Positions 9,791 through 19,310 of a stretch of DNA of 64,000 bases are shown here, one piece after another (the first letter of the stretch is position 1; every line of letters starts with the position of its first letter). A program made the position numbers and the translations under genes. The notes under the pieces were generated by a model that was not told where the DNA came from, searched no databases, and worked only from the letters and a program-made list of their open reading frames with translations. Source of the stretch: Candidatus Bathyarchaeia archaeon (GTDB lineage: Archaea > Thermoproteota > Bathyarchaeia > 40CM-2-53-6); assembly GCA_049513715.1 (NCBI GenBank), contig JBEKVV010000003.1:288001-352000 (forward strand), written 5' to 3'.

Positions 9791-10981
9791 TTGATGGCGA
9801 CGAATCCAAGAAAAACTGGGTCAGTGAAAGAGCTTTCGCTCTTGTTTCTCAAGCTAGGCACGATTGCCTTCGGCGGGCCAGCTGCGCACATAGCGATGAT
9901 GGAGGAGGAGGTTGTTCATCGCCGGCGTTGGCTCTCGAAAGAGAAATTCTTAGACCTTCTCGGCGCAGCCAACTTGATTCCTGGCCCGAGCTCAACGGAG
10001 TTGGCTATCTACATTGGATACCTTCAAGCGGGGTGGATCGGGCTTCTGCTGGCTGGTGTGTGCTTCATTCTCCCGGCAGCGATCATCGTAACAGCCTTGG
10101 CTTGGGCCTACGTCCAGTATGGCTCGCTACCTCAAGCCATCGGCATTCTGTACGGCGTCAAGCCTGTCATCATCGCCGTGATTTTGCAGGCATTATGGAG
10201 CCTTGGGCGTACTGCCGTGAAAACGAGGTTTCTTGCTGTGGTTGGCCTCGCTGCGTTCACGCTGAGTTTTCTTGGCGTCAATCCATTAATAGTCATCTTC
10301 GGATTCGGAAGTATCACAGGGCTCGGTCGATGGATTTTCGTACAGAAGAATAAAGAGCGGCCCACTCGGCTTTCTCTCATTCTCTTGCTTGTTACTCCTC
10401 TCCTAGCATACGTCGTTCAGACTGCTGCATCAACAACGTACGCTACACCTTCCTCGATTGGACCTTGGCCGATTTTTTTGATTTTCTTGAAGATCGGCTC
10501 GGTTGTCTTTGGCAGTGGATATGTGCTTCTTGCTTTTCTGCGCGGTGACCTTGTTGTGCATTTGCATTGGTTGACTGATTCACAGCTGATTAATGCCGTG
10601 GCGGTCGGCCAGGTCACGCCCGGGCCCGTCTTCACAACCGCCACCTTCATCGGCTATTTGCTGGCGGGACCTTACGGAGCATTCGTTGCTACGACAGGCA
10701 TTTTCATTCCCGCATTCGTACTTGTTGCCCTAAGCGGTCCCCTCATACCGCGGATACGACAATCCAAGATTGCAGGAGCTTTTCTAGACGGGGTGACGGT
10801 TGCATCGCTTTCTTTGATGGCGTTTGTCACTTACGAGCTTGGTAGGGTTGCGCTAGTCGACATAGTGACAATCGTCTTGGCAATCGCAAGCGCGATATTG
10901 CTGATTCGTTTTCGCCTTAACTCTGGGTGGCTTGTGTTCCTAGGAGCCACAGTGGGACTACTCACATTTGTTCTGAGATGA
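9791..10981 (+). CDS. chrA: Chromate efflux transporter (long-chain CHR)
   Basis: FLKLG..AFGGP.AHIAMM, PGP.STE, second repeat FGSGYVL and GQVTPGP. Confidence 0.93.
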   Translation: MMATNPRKTGSVKELSLLFLKLGTIAFGGPAAHIAMMEEEVVHRRRWLSKEKFLDLLGAANLIPGPSSTELAIYIGYLQAGWIGLLLAGVCFILPAAIIVTALAWAYVQYGSLPQAIGILYGVKPVIIAVILQALWSLGRTAVKTRFLAVVGLAAFTLSFLGVNPLIVIFGFGSITGLGRWIFVQKNKERPTRLSLILLLVTPLLAYVVQTAASTTYATPSSIGPWPIFLIFLKIGSVVFGSGYVLLAFLRGDLVVHLHWLTDSQLINAVAVGQVTPGPVFTTATFIGYLLAGPYGAFVATTGIFIPAFVLVALSGPLIPRIRQSKIAGAFLDGVTVASLSLMAFVTYELGRVALVDIVTIVLAIASAILLIRFRLNSGWLVFLGATVGLLTFVLR

Positions 10982-11080
10982 TTAACAGTTGCGGCTGGTT
11001 TGGCAGTAATGCTTAATATGTCGCATGCAGTTGCGTGCGATTTCAACTCACAAAATCGGAGTCCCGATTGATGATAAACT

Positions 11081-11368
11081 TTGGCACGTCTCTTGGCTTT
11101 TGTAAACATTTTTGTCGAGTCGGCCACTTTGGACGACGTCGTACAAGCTCTCTCTAAATTATCTAACGTGGAAGAACTCTACGAAGTAACCGGGGAATTC
11201 GACATCGTCACGCTCGTTTCAGCAGCTGACATAGAAGAATTCCGCGACTTCGTGAAAAACAAGCTTCTGAAGATAAAGGGCGTTAAGAGCACGGTAACAT
11301 CCATCGTGTTGAATGCTCCAAAAGGACCTAGGAACGGAGCTCAAGCCGCAAAATCTACCTCCCAGTAA
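11081..11368 (+). CDS. Stand-alone Lrp/AsnC ligand-binding (RAM) domain protein
   Basis: YEVTGEFDIV, IKGVKSTVTSIVL; no HTH. Confidence 0.85.
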   Translation: MARLLAFVNIFVESATLDDVVQALSKLSNVEELYEVTGEFDIVTLVSAADIEEFRDFVKNKLLKIKGVKSTVTSIVLNAPKGPRNGAQAAKSTSQ

Positions 11369-11455
11369 CAACCACCCTCCTCTTCATCGAGGTTGACCTC
11401 GTCAATCCTTACTGCGAATGAAAATCCTGGAGTATCGTGATGGTGCTGAAGCAAT

Positions 11456-13111
11456 TTGATCGACCTCATCCAAACAATAGTCATAATTCTGATTCTGGGA
11501 ACGGCGATAGCTTTAGGGCGCCTTCTCGCACCATACGTCACAAGAGTCTTCGCGCGTGCACCAAGCCGCTTTGATAATGTATTGAACCCCCTCGAGAACT
11601 GGGTCTACAAACTCGGGGGGGTAAACCCAACCCATTCAATGGACTGGAAGGAATACTTCCTATCCTTGCTCTTCGTCAACGTTATTCAAATGGGGTTAGC
11701 CTTCCTAATTTTCGTTTTCCAAGACAGACTTCCCATGAATCCTCAGGGATTCACAGGCCTAACATGGGACCTCGCCTTCATGCAAGTTATCTCATTCGCA
11801 ACCAACACTAATCTCCAGCACTACAATGGCGAAACCACACTTTCATATCTAAGCCAAATGACCGCAGTTCAATTCCTGCAATTCGCCTCAGCCGCATCCG
11901 GTATCTGTGTTGCGGTAGCATTTGTGAGAGGTTTCAAGAACGGCGCCAAAGACTTAGGTAATTTCTATGTTGACTTCATAAGATCCCTAACGAGGGTTCT
12001 CTTCCCACTATGCTTTGTAGCGTCTCTGATCTTTGTTTGGCTCGGTGTGCCTCAAACTCTCAACGGATACGCGGTTGTGAAAACCTTCGAGGGCGCGACA
12101 CAAGTAATCTTGGTAGGTCCTGTCGCGTCCTTGGTCTCAATAATGCAGATTGGCACGAATGGGGGAGGATATTATGGAGCCAATTCCGCTTATCCATTCC
12201 AGAACCCAAACCCTGCGTCGGACGTCCTTCAAATCATCTTAATGTTGCTCATGCCTACTGTGATGTGCTTCGTCTATGGGGAAGTTCTTGGAAAGAGGAA
12301 AGAGAGCAGACCCATACTTTGGGGCTCATACGCGCTCTTCGTCATCGACCTGATAATTGCATTCATCCCCAACCCCACCCTAGGCCAGGGCATGGAGGTT
12401 CGGTTTGGGGGCTTCTTCTCAGCCTTTTGGACCGTTGTAACGACAGCGGTTACAACGGGTTCGGTCAATGCTTCGCTTTACGGGATGCATCCACTCGTCA
12501 TACTTTCAGGGTTCATGGGCATGTTGATCCAAGCTACACCGGGTGGAAAGGGTGTTGGCTTGATGTACATGGTCATGTACGTCGTGATCACTGTATTCAT
12601 CGTCGGACTCATGTCAGGAAGAACCCCTGAATATTTGGGAATGAAAATCAACGGACGAGACGTCACACTCGTAATGATTGCCTTCCTGATTCACCCAGTC
12701 ATCATCCTAATTCCCACCGTGGTGGCTTACGCAAGTGGAGCCGCAAACGCAATCGGCTTGGGAGGCGACTCACTCGGTTTCACGCAGGTTCTATACGAAT
12801 TTACATCCGCCGCCGCCAACAATGGTTCGAATTTTCTTGGTGCGACAGGGAATACGCCATTCTTCAACATATCAACGGCCCTGGTAATGTTCGCAGGTCG
12901 TTACGCTCCAATGGGTGTGTTGCTTGCGCTCGCAGGGTCGATGATCGGAAGGAAGAGACATGTCGAGATTGGGTTGAAAACCGATAGCATAACGTTCTCC
13001 ATTATCCTTGTTGGTAGTACATTGATTCTTGTGGTTCTGACGTTCTTCCCGTTCCTCGCACTCGGACCAATACTCTCCTACTTCCGAGGTTTCGTAAATG
13101 GGTTCGGTTAA
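11456..13111 (+). CDS. kdpA: Potassium-transporting ATPase subunit A
   Basis: SFATNTNLQHY.GE, IGTNGGG, GG.G.G, SGRTPEYLG.KI, SAAANNGS. Confidence 0.96.
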   Translation: MIDLIQTIVIILILGTAIALGRLLAPYVTRVFARAPSRFDNVLNPLENWVYKLGGVNPTHSMDWKEYFLSLLFVNVIQMGLAFLIFVFQDRLPMNPQGFTGLTWDLAFMQVISFATNTNLQHYNGETTLSYLSQMTAVQFLQFASAASGICVAVAFVRGFKNGAKDLGNFYVDFIRSLTRVLFPLCFVASLIFVWLGVPQTLNGYAVVKTFEGATQVILVGPVASLVSIMQIGTNGGGYYGANSAYPFQNPNPASDVLQIILMLLMPTVMCFVYGEVLGKRKESRPILWGSYALFVIDLIIAFIPNPTLGQGMEVRFGGFFSAFWTVVTTAVTTGSVNASLYGMHPLVILSGFMGMLIQATPGGKGVGLMYMVMYVVITVFIVGLMSGRTPEYLGMKINGRDVTLVMIAFLIHPVIILIPTVVAYASGAANAIGLGGDSLGFTQVLYEFTSAAANNGSNFLGATGNTPFFNISTALVMFAGRYAPMGVLLALAGSMIGRKRHVEIGLKTDSITFSIILVGSTLILVVLTFFPFLALGPILSYFRGFVNGFG

Positions 13112-13172
13112 TTCTGAGAGGTGAATCGAGACGTCAACCAACGATCAACGGCCTAGTCTGCGGGCAGGGACT

Positions 13173-15266
13173 ATGTCCAGCAAGACCTTACTCGACTCAA
13201 TAGTGAGGCTGAACCCCGCATCATTGATTGCGAACCCCGTTATGTTCATCGTTGAAATCACATTCTTCATCGTGGCAGCGATGGCCGTCTACCCGCAAGG
13301 ATTTCTGCCCGTAGCGAGTCCAAGTGAACGGATTTTCTACGTTGAAGTTGCAGCCATTTTGCTGATTACAGTTTGGTTCAGCACACTCTCGGATTCACTC
13401 GCCGAAACTCAAGCAAGGAACACTGCGAACAGTCTTAGGAAGCTCGAAACGGAAACGATGGCCAAGAAAATCGTGGCGGAGGGTAGAGATCAAGGAGAAA
13501 GATCAACGGTCCTTACTCCCTCTACTCAGTTGCGACGAGGGGATATGATCCTGCTGGAGAAGGGAGACCTGATTCCCATAGATGCAGAGGTAACTGAGGG
13601 GATAGCAATGGTGGATGAATCTCTTCTCACAGGTGAATCGGTTCCCGTCAGGAAGGCCTCTAGCGATCCACTCATCGGAGGTTCAAAACTCATCAGCGAC
13701 ACATTAACTGCAAGAGTCACAGTGAACCCTGAAGACAGTTACATCAACCAAATGATCCGGTTGGTTGAATCAGCAAAGAGACCGAAGACTCCGAACGAAC
13801 AAGCAGTGGTAGTAGTTCTGATTGGACTTACGGCCATTTTCACAATAATAATTTTCGCACTTCTTGGAATGTCGGTCGTGCTCAGTCTCGGCGCCGACCT
13901 CTCAGTCCTAATTGCACTATACGTTTGCCTTCTTCCAACCACGATTGGCGCGCTGCTTCCAGCAATCGGCCTCTCGGGAATGTCTAGGTTGTATGGAAGG
14001 AAAATTGTTGCAAAGTCAGGCAGGGCAATTGAGACTGCCGGCGACACGGACACGATCCTTCTCGACAAGACCGGCACGATAACGGTCGGGAGCAGGCAAG
14101 CAATCGGTTTCATACCCTTTGGTGCTCATTCTGAGCAGGAAGTCGGCGAGGCAGCGTTCCTGTCTTCTTGGCATGATGACACTCCAGAAGGGCGAAGCAT
14201 AATCAGGTTAGCCTACACTGGCCGCCTGATACCCAAGGAATTGAACGACCTAGCACTTTCAGAATCCTACGAGTTCTCAGCCACGACCAGAACGAGCGGC
14301 GTGAAATTCACCAGTGGTACTGGTTTCATGCTACCGAAAGGTGGCGAGGAGCGAGCTCGATTTAGGCGAAAATTCACGGCCTCCTTGAGCAGCTTGGAAG
14401 GGGGCCAGGTTGAAATCTTGAAAGGAGCTCCAGACGCGATAAAGGCACTTGCGGCCTCGACACCTCCTGACTACGACACTGTCATTAACAAAATCTCCGG
14501 CGAAGGCGATAGTCCCGTAGCGATCTGCAAGAACCGTGAAATAATCGGCATGATTCGTTTAAGAGACGTTTTGAAGACGGGTATCAAAGAAAAAATCCAG
14601 GCTGTCAAAGCGATGGGTATCCGCCCGGTGATGATAACTGGGGACCAACCACTCACTGCAAAAAGCATCGCATCTGAAGTTGGTATAGACGAGTACGTAC
14701 CGCAAGCAAAGCCTGAGGACAAGCATGGAATTGTTCTCCGCGAGCAAGCGAACATGAGGATTGTTGCCATGATAGGCGATGGGACGAACGATGCCCCTGC
14801 GTTAGCCGTGGCTGATGTAGGCCTCGCCATGAACTCTGGAACGCAAGCGGCGAAGGAGGCTGCCAACATGGTTGACCTTGAATCTAACCCTGCAAAGGTC
14901 ATTGAAGTCGTGATGCTTGGGAAACAGCTACTCATGACACGAGGAGCAGTTACCACATTTAGTATTGCAAATGATGTTGCGAAATATTTCGCAATAGTCC
15001 CGGTCATGTTTGCAGTTGTACCCGAGCTGCAAGCCTTGAACATCCTCGGGCTGGGGTTGCATAGCGCTGTTCTGTCTGCGTTGATTTTCAACGCAATCAT
15101 AATTCCGCTGCTGATCCCTTTGGCCATGAAAGGCGTCTCATTCAAGCCCTCAGACACAATGACGCTGTTTCTGAAGAATACGATGATCTACGGTGTCGGA
15201 GGAGTGATAGTGCCGTTTGTAGGAATCAAGTTGATAGACATCCTTCTACGGGCGATTCATGTTTAG
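13173..15266 (+). CDS. kdpB: Potassium-transporting ATPase subunit B (P-type)
   Basis: TGES, CLLPTTIG, DKTGT, TPEGRSI, KGA, TGD, GDGTNDAP, SIANDVAKYF. Confidence 0.97.
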   Translation: MSSKTLLDSIVRLNPASLIANPVMFIVEITFFIVAAMAVYPQGFLPVASPSERIFYVEVAAILLITVWFSTLSDSLAETQARNTANSLRKLETETMAKKIVAEGRDQGERSTVLTPSTQLRRGDMILLEKGDLIPIDAEVTEGIAMVDESLLTGESVPVRKASSDPLIGGSKLISDTLTARVTVNPEDSYINQMIRLVESAKRPKTPNEQAVVVVLIGLTAIFTIIIFALLGMSVVLSLGADLSVLIALYVCLLPTTIGALLPAIGLSGMSRLYGRKIVAKSGRAIETAGDTDTILLDKTGTITVGSRQAIGFIPFGAHSEQEVGEAAFLSSWHDDTPEGRSIIRLAYTGRLIPKELNDLALSESYEFSATTRTSGVKFTSGTGFMLPKGGEERARFRRKFTASLSSLEGGQVEILKGAPDAIKALAASTPPDYDTVINKISGEGDSPVAICKNREIIGMIRLRDVLKTGIKEKIQAVKAMGIRPVMITGDQPLTAKSIASEVGIDEYVPQAKPEDKHGIVLREQANMRIVAMIGDGTNDAPALAVADVGLAMNSGTQAAKEAANMVDLESNPAKVIEVVMLGKQLLMTRGAVTTFSIANDVAKYFAIVPVMFAVVPELQALNILGLGLHSAVLSALIFNAIIIPLLIPLAMKGVSFKPSDTMTLFLKNTMIYGVGGVIVPFVGIKLIDILLRAIHV

Positions 15267-15278
15267 GAGATTGCTAAT

Positions 15279-15722
15279 ATGAACAAGCATGGTTATGGTG
15301 CCGCCGTCAGACTGGCAATTATCTCATTAGCATTGTGTGGCCTAGTGTTTCCCCTGGTCGTTACAGGGTTTGCGCAACTATTTCTCCCGAATCAAGCAAA
15401 CGGGGGACTTATCACATTCCACGGCCGTTTCGTGGGTTCCTATTTGATTGCACAGAACTTCAACTCCCCGATGCTCTTCCACCCAAGAAACCAAACATAC
15501 TCCGCTTCAGGCGTGGACCCGGACATTACCCTCCAAGACGCCTATTCTCAGATTCCGAGGATACAAGCTACGACTGGAATTCCTCCGGATGCGCTGAAAC
15601 AGATAGTTGATGAGAACGTCGAGCGAACTTTATGGATCGCTGGCGAGCCGTACGTCAACGTACTCAAACTCAACCTGGTACTGATCGAAAGATACCCGGC
15701 AATCTACCAATCGTTCAGCTGA
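15279..15722 (+). CDS. kdpC: Potassium-transporting ATPase subunit C (short form)
   Basis: N-terminal TM helix, QANG, GS.LIAQ.F, SASGVDPDI, EPYVNVLKLN. Confidence 0.92.
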   Translation: MNKHGYGAAVRLAIISLALCGLVFPLVVTGFAQLFLPNQANGGLITFHGRFVGSYLIAQNFNSPMLFHPRNQTYSASGVDPDITLQDAYSQIPRIQATTGIPPDALKQIVDENVERTLWIAGEPYVNVLKLNLVLIERYPAIYQSFS

Positions 15723-15780
15723 TACGCCCCCTAAGGTTCCACGAAAGTTCGAGTTTCGGTAATAGAGCGGTGTCATAACA

Positions 15781-15973
15781 ATGTGTGTAGTAGTCGCAAT
15801 TGTTGTGATTACGGGTCTGGGTAATACTGAGGCTTAGCAACAGACTGTCTCGAGCAGTCGGTACTTCAACCCTAATGATCCTAGATACGGTCATGAACAT
15901 ATTGATGGCTGCCATCGGGGTTGCGTTTCTTCTGAAAGACTTCAGTGCAGCCTTTGGTATCGCATTCATTTAG
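15781..15973 (+). pseudogene. Frameshifted C-terminal remnant of a MarC family membrane protein
   Basis: Frame from 15815 reads VWVILRLSNRLSRAVGTSTLMILDTVMNILMAAIGVAFLLKDF..., matching the MarC C-terminal pattern. The upstream VVVAIVVIT is in another frame, and there is no N-terminal half. Confidence 0.6.
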
Positions 15974-16000
15974 ACATAGGTTGAGAGAACTGACTTCGGT

Positions 16001-16909
16001 TTAGACTAGTTTACGGATTTGGTCTAGGTTATTCAGGAATCCTTCTTCGGTTTGGCTGTCTGGGGAGAACGTGGGGTCAAGGATTAGTTCATCTGGCGCA
16101 AACTTCTTGACCGCGTCAACATCCTCCTTTAACTGGTCTAGGGTTCCTGAGAAGAACGCGCGGTCCTTGCCTTGTGGTTGAGTGGTTACTGTAATGTTGT
16201 AACGAGCGATGACCTTCATGCTTGCTGGGTCACGACCAGCGGATTTTGCCATACTCTTGAGCTGGCCTGTGGTTGATTCGAGTTGGCTAAGAGTCGACCC
16301 AACGGGCATCCAGCCGTCCGCCAACGTAGCCGTACGCTTCAGTGAAGCCGGCGAAAAGGCTGCAAGGTAAATCGGTGGATGGGGTTTCTGCACGGGTTTA
16401 GGTTGAATGATAGATTTAGGTAACTGGAAGAACTTTCCATGAAACTCGGCAGGGTCCGTCGTCCAGATTGTCTTAAGGACTTTGATGAACTCGTCCGCTC
16501 GTTTGCCTCGTACTTTCATGTTGGCGCCGGCAGCGTCATTCTCGTCCTGCGACCAACCCAAACCGAACCCAACCCTCAACCTGCCACCTGACAACACATC
16601 CAAGGTAGTCAGTCGGCGTGCGAGAAGAACGGGGTTGTAGAATGGAATGTCCAACACGCTCGTCCCCAGGGCTACACGGCTTGTATGCGCGGCGGCGAAA
16701 GTCAGAGTCTCCAAGGGGTCGAAGACACGTTTGTAGGGTTCAGGTAGCGCGTGACCATAGTATGAGGTCTGCGGATTCGTGGGGTACAGCAAGCGCTCCG
16801 TAACCCAAAGACTGTCATACTTCAACTCCTCCGCTCGCTTCGCCACTTTTATGATCGTTCGAGTATCGGCAACGGGGCCAATTTGCGGAAGAAAGAATCC
16901 AACACGCAT
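16001..16909 (-). CDS. LLM class (probably F420-dependent) oxidoreductase
   Basis: AEEL.YDSLWV.E, DPLETL.FAAAHT.RVALGTSV, TLDVLSGGR..VG.G.GW, PKPVQKPHPPI. Confidence 0.92.
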   Translation of the reverse strand: MRVGFFLPQIGPVADTRTIIKVAKRAEELKYDSLWVTERLLYPTNPQTSYYGHALPEPYKRVFDPLETLTFAAAHTSRVALGTSVLDIPFYNPVLLARRLTTLDVLSGGRLRVGFGLGWSQDENDAAGANMKVRGKRADEFIKVLKTIWTTDPAEFHGKFFQLPKSIIQPKPVQKPHPPIYLAAFSPASLKRTATLADGWMPVGSTLSQLESTTGQLKSMAKSAGRDPASMKVIARYNITVTTQPQGKDRAFFSGTLDQLKEDVDAVKKFAPDELILDPTFSPDSQTEEGFLNNLDQIRKLV

Positions 16910-17402
16910 GGCAAATCTCCGCGCGAGCAGAGCATTACAGCACTATAAACACTCTGCTGTTAGCATGCGTCTCTTCGGAATCTACCACCTCATTTTCCGA
17001 GACTTCTAATTTTCCTATACGATTAGTTGGAATGACATTAAACCAAGCGCGAGTGAGAAGTGGCAGCTCCAGAGGGATTTCCACCCAAGTGGGTCCAAGT
17101 CCCTGCCTGATGTGCGATATCAAGCGGGTAAGCTTGTGCGGGAAGGATTTTGATCACAATTTACGAGTGCATATAAGGCGGTGATTTTTCCTTAACAAAG
17201 TTTCAACTTGGAAAGCATCGGAAAGGAAGCGTTAGTTTTCCCGTATCAGCTTGCCCTTGATGCGCGTGTTACTGTTTTCGTCGACTGATACGATCTTCTC
17301 TCCTTTCTGATTTAGGAAAGCCAACGACCTTCCCTCCGTCGCCCTGGAACGCGGTTCAGTCGCACATGCCAAAATCATGAACGTCGGAACTTTGCTAGCC
17401 AG

Positions 17403-18197
17403 CTAACATTCAACTCGTTCCCTGATTTCGTGCCCGCCAAACTGGAACAGGCGAGGTCTGCCATTCGAAAGTTCTACGTACGTGTTGTGGACAGGTGCAT
17501 CAGTTACCCACGAGCCGCTGTTGGCAACAGTTTCGGTAGTATTTACGAAAGGTCGGTGGGTGTGTCCGAAAACGAGGACCCCGTTTGGCTGAATTATCTT
17601 GGCTCGGCTGCATGCCCGTTTTTCAATATCACCTAGGATATTTCTTAATCTCTCTTCTGGTCCAGTTTGCAGGGTCTCCGCAGTTTTTCTGATTCTCTCT
17701 TTGCGAAATAGAAAAGTTAGAAGAAATTCTATATCACTCCAGCTTCCTGTCAACGTTGCCCATACTCCACTCTCGAAATCACCCGCTTCATCTGACATAA
17801 CCCTACACAGAGCCTCCATCAACGGTTCTTGCTGGATAAGATCAAACTCCCAGCCATGTAGGAACATGTACCTGTATTTGCCATCACGCAGAGTCAGAGT
17901 TTTCTCAAAATTGAACGGATACACGAAATTTTGGAGCCTCAATACATGGAAGTCATGATTTCCAGCAACATAGTGAACCGTAATCTTCTCGCTAAGAGAT
18001 AGTATCTTATTGATAGTGTCCTTGCTCTCAAGGAACACTCCCGAGGAGTCTCTTCTCCACATGTCGAGAACGTCTCCAAGGAGTACCAGGTTGGTAATCT
18101 CATCATCTTTTGTCAGCTCGTCCAGAAACTGATTGAAGGCTATCTTGTCTGAATTTACGTAACCCAAATGCTGATCTGAAACGACTACTACTTTCAT
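17403..18197 (-). CDS. Calcineurin-like metallophosphoesterase (LpxH-like)
   Basis: SDQHLG, LGDVLD, GNHD, HG, FGHTH, NSGSW. True start MKVVVV at 18197 overlaps the upstream stop (ATGA). Confidence 0.9.
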   Translation of the reverse strand: MKVVVVSDQHLGYVNSDKIAFNQFLDELTKDDEITNLVLLGDVLDMWRRDSSGVFLESKDTINKILSLSEKITVHYVAGNHDFHVLRLQNFVYPFNFEKTLTLRDGKYRYMFLHGWEFDLIQQEPLMEALCRVMSDEAGDFESGVWATLTGSWSDIEFLLTFLFRKERIRKTAETLQTGPEERLRNILGDIEKRACSRAKIIQPNGVLVFGHTHRPFVNTTETVANSGSWVTDAPVHNTYVELSNGRPRLFQFGGHEIRERVEC

Positions 18198-18730
18198 GGT
18201 TGCGACCTCGGATTTGACATAGCTGCAACGTATGCACGGTATCCTTTTGCTGCATATTTGTTTGAAAGGTAGAGCATAGCCACGCTCCATGCGAGTGTTG
18301 CGATGTACCAAAGTGGGACCCAAGTAAAGCCAAGGTTGAGACCCCATCCGGGTCTCATCATGGTCCATTCATCATATCCTATGGGTTGCCATCTTGTCAC
18401 GAACCAGGTGGCGTCTTCAATTAAGAGAGATAATGGCAAGGCTGCTGCACATATGAATAAGACGTACTTCTTCTTGTCTTCGAGGATCCATTGTAAGTGA
18501 CTCCACGCTAATGCAGTGGATACTACGAGCATGAGGACCAGCAGGTCTACGTGGTAGTAGCTAAATCTCCCGAATAATGGCAGACCGAGTGATCCCGTCG
18601 GAATCCATTTCGCTTCAATTACACCATAATCCGCACCCGCGATGAATGTTGCTGCGAGCTGACTCACTATCTCAATTTCGTAGGTTAATTTCCCACTTAT
18701 CAGGTGAAATAATGAGCTAAGGGAAATCAA
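18194..18730 (-). CDS. Hypothetical membrane protein (paralog of 37653-38078)
   Basis: Several TM segments; YH..., ED..W, EWT and LG..WVP.WY shared with 37653-38078. Confidence 0.7.
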   Translation of the reverse strand: MISLSSLFHLISGKLTYEIEIVSQLAATFIAGADYGVIEAKWIPTGSLGLPLFGRFSYYHVDLLVLMLVVSTALAWSHLQWILEDKKKYVLFICAAALPLSLLIEDATWFVTRWQPIGYDEWTMMRPGWGLNLGFTWVPLWYIATLAWSVAMLYLSNKYAAKGYRAYVAAMSNPRSQP

Positions 18731-18861
18731 TAGAAATCCACAACACCGAGAGGATTTGCAACAGAAGGTTTCTGTACTTAATTGCTTGCTCTTTGCATCT
18801 TTCCCGCATGTTGGGCAGGGGATTTTGACCCCAATTTACCAGTACATATAACGAAACAAGA

Positions 18862-18885
18862 GGCGGGTCCGGAGGGATTTGAACC
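18862..18885 (-). repeat. att-like 24-bp copy of the tRNA-Lys 3' end
   Basis: ggcgggtccggagggatttgaacc is identical to 27620-27643. Confidence 0.9.
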
Positions 18886-19310
18886 TGTTTGGGTCTAAAT
18901 CCTGCTGAAAGTAGTTTCTTGCGAACGCGGCTACGTCAACCGGAATATTCCGAGATTGTGTCCTCTATACACATGTGCGTCAGTACGTTAGGTCCGGAAT
19001 GCCTCATAACGCCGTTTCAATCCTTATGCCGGAAGCAACGGTCCAACTCTGATGAGCTTGTCGCCTCAAAAACAATGGATCGCCATGATGCTTTGGGCAC
19101 AATCAACCTGAATCAGGTTGGGTGCTCAGACAGCTTTCATTTCCGAGTGTACACACATTGGAGTCCAGGCAAGATGATTGTGACAACGCTTCGAAAAGTT
19201 ATGAGAAATCAATTCGCTCGATGGTTCTAGCTGACCCTATTCCTTGACTTTCAGAGCGGAGGCTTTCGACCCTGATTTGTCAGAGCATACGAGCGCTAAG
19301 CGAGACTTAC

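Noticed and set aside
18198..18368. N-terminal extension of the 321-aa phosphoesterase ORF
   Set aside because: Overlaps the upstream gene out of frame; the family begins at MKVVVVSD (18197)
18731..18835. CPTCG-containing in-frame extension upstream of the membrane protein, and a ggggattttgacccc T-arm-like sequence
   Set aside because: No standard start codon after the upstream TAA, and the match to the att site is too degenerate to support
19104..19120. Palindrome CAACCTGA-A-TCAGGTTG near the island end
   Set aside because: Single occurrence with no associated promoter or second copy; may be chance or a simple hairpin
18889..19230. 113-aa ORF next to the att repeat, a possible integrase fragment
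   Set aside because: No R-H-R-Y tyrosine recombinase motifs on either strand; composition looks non-coding
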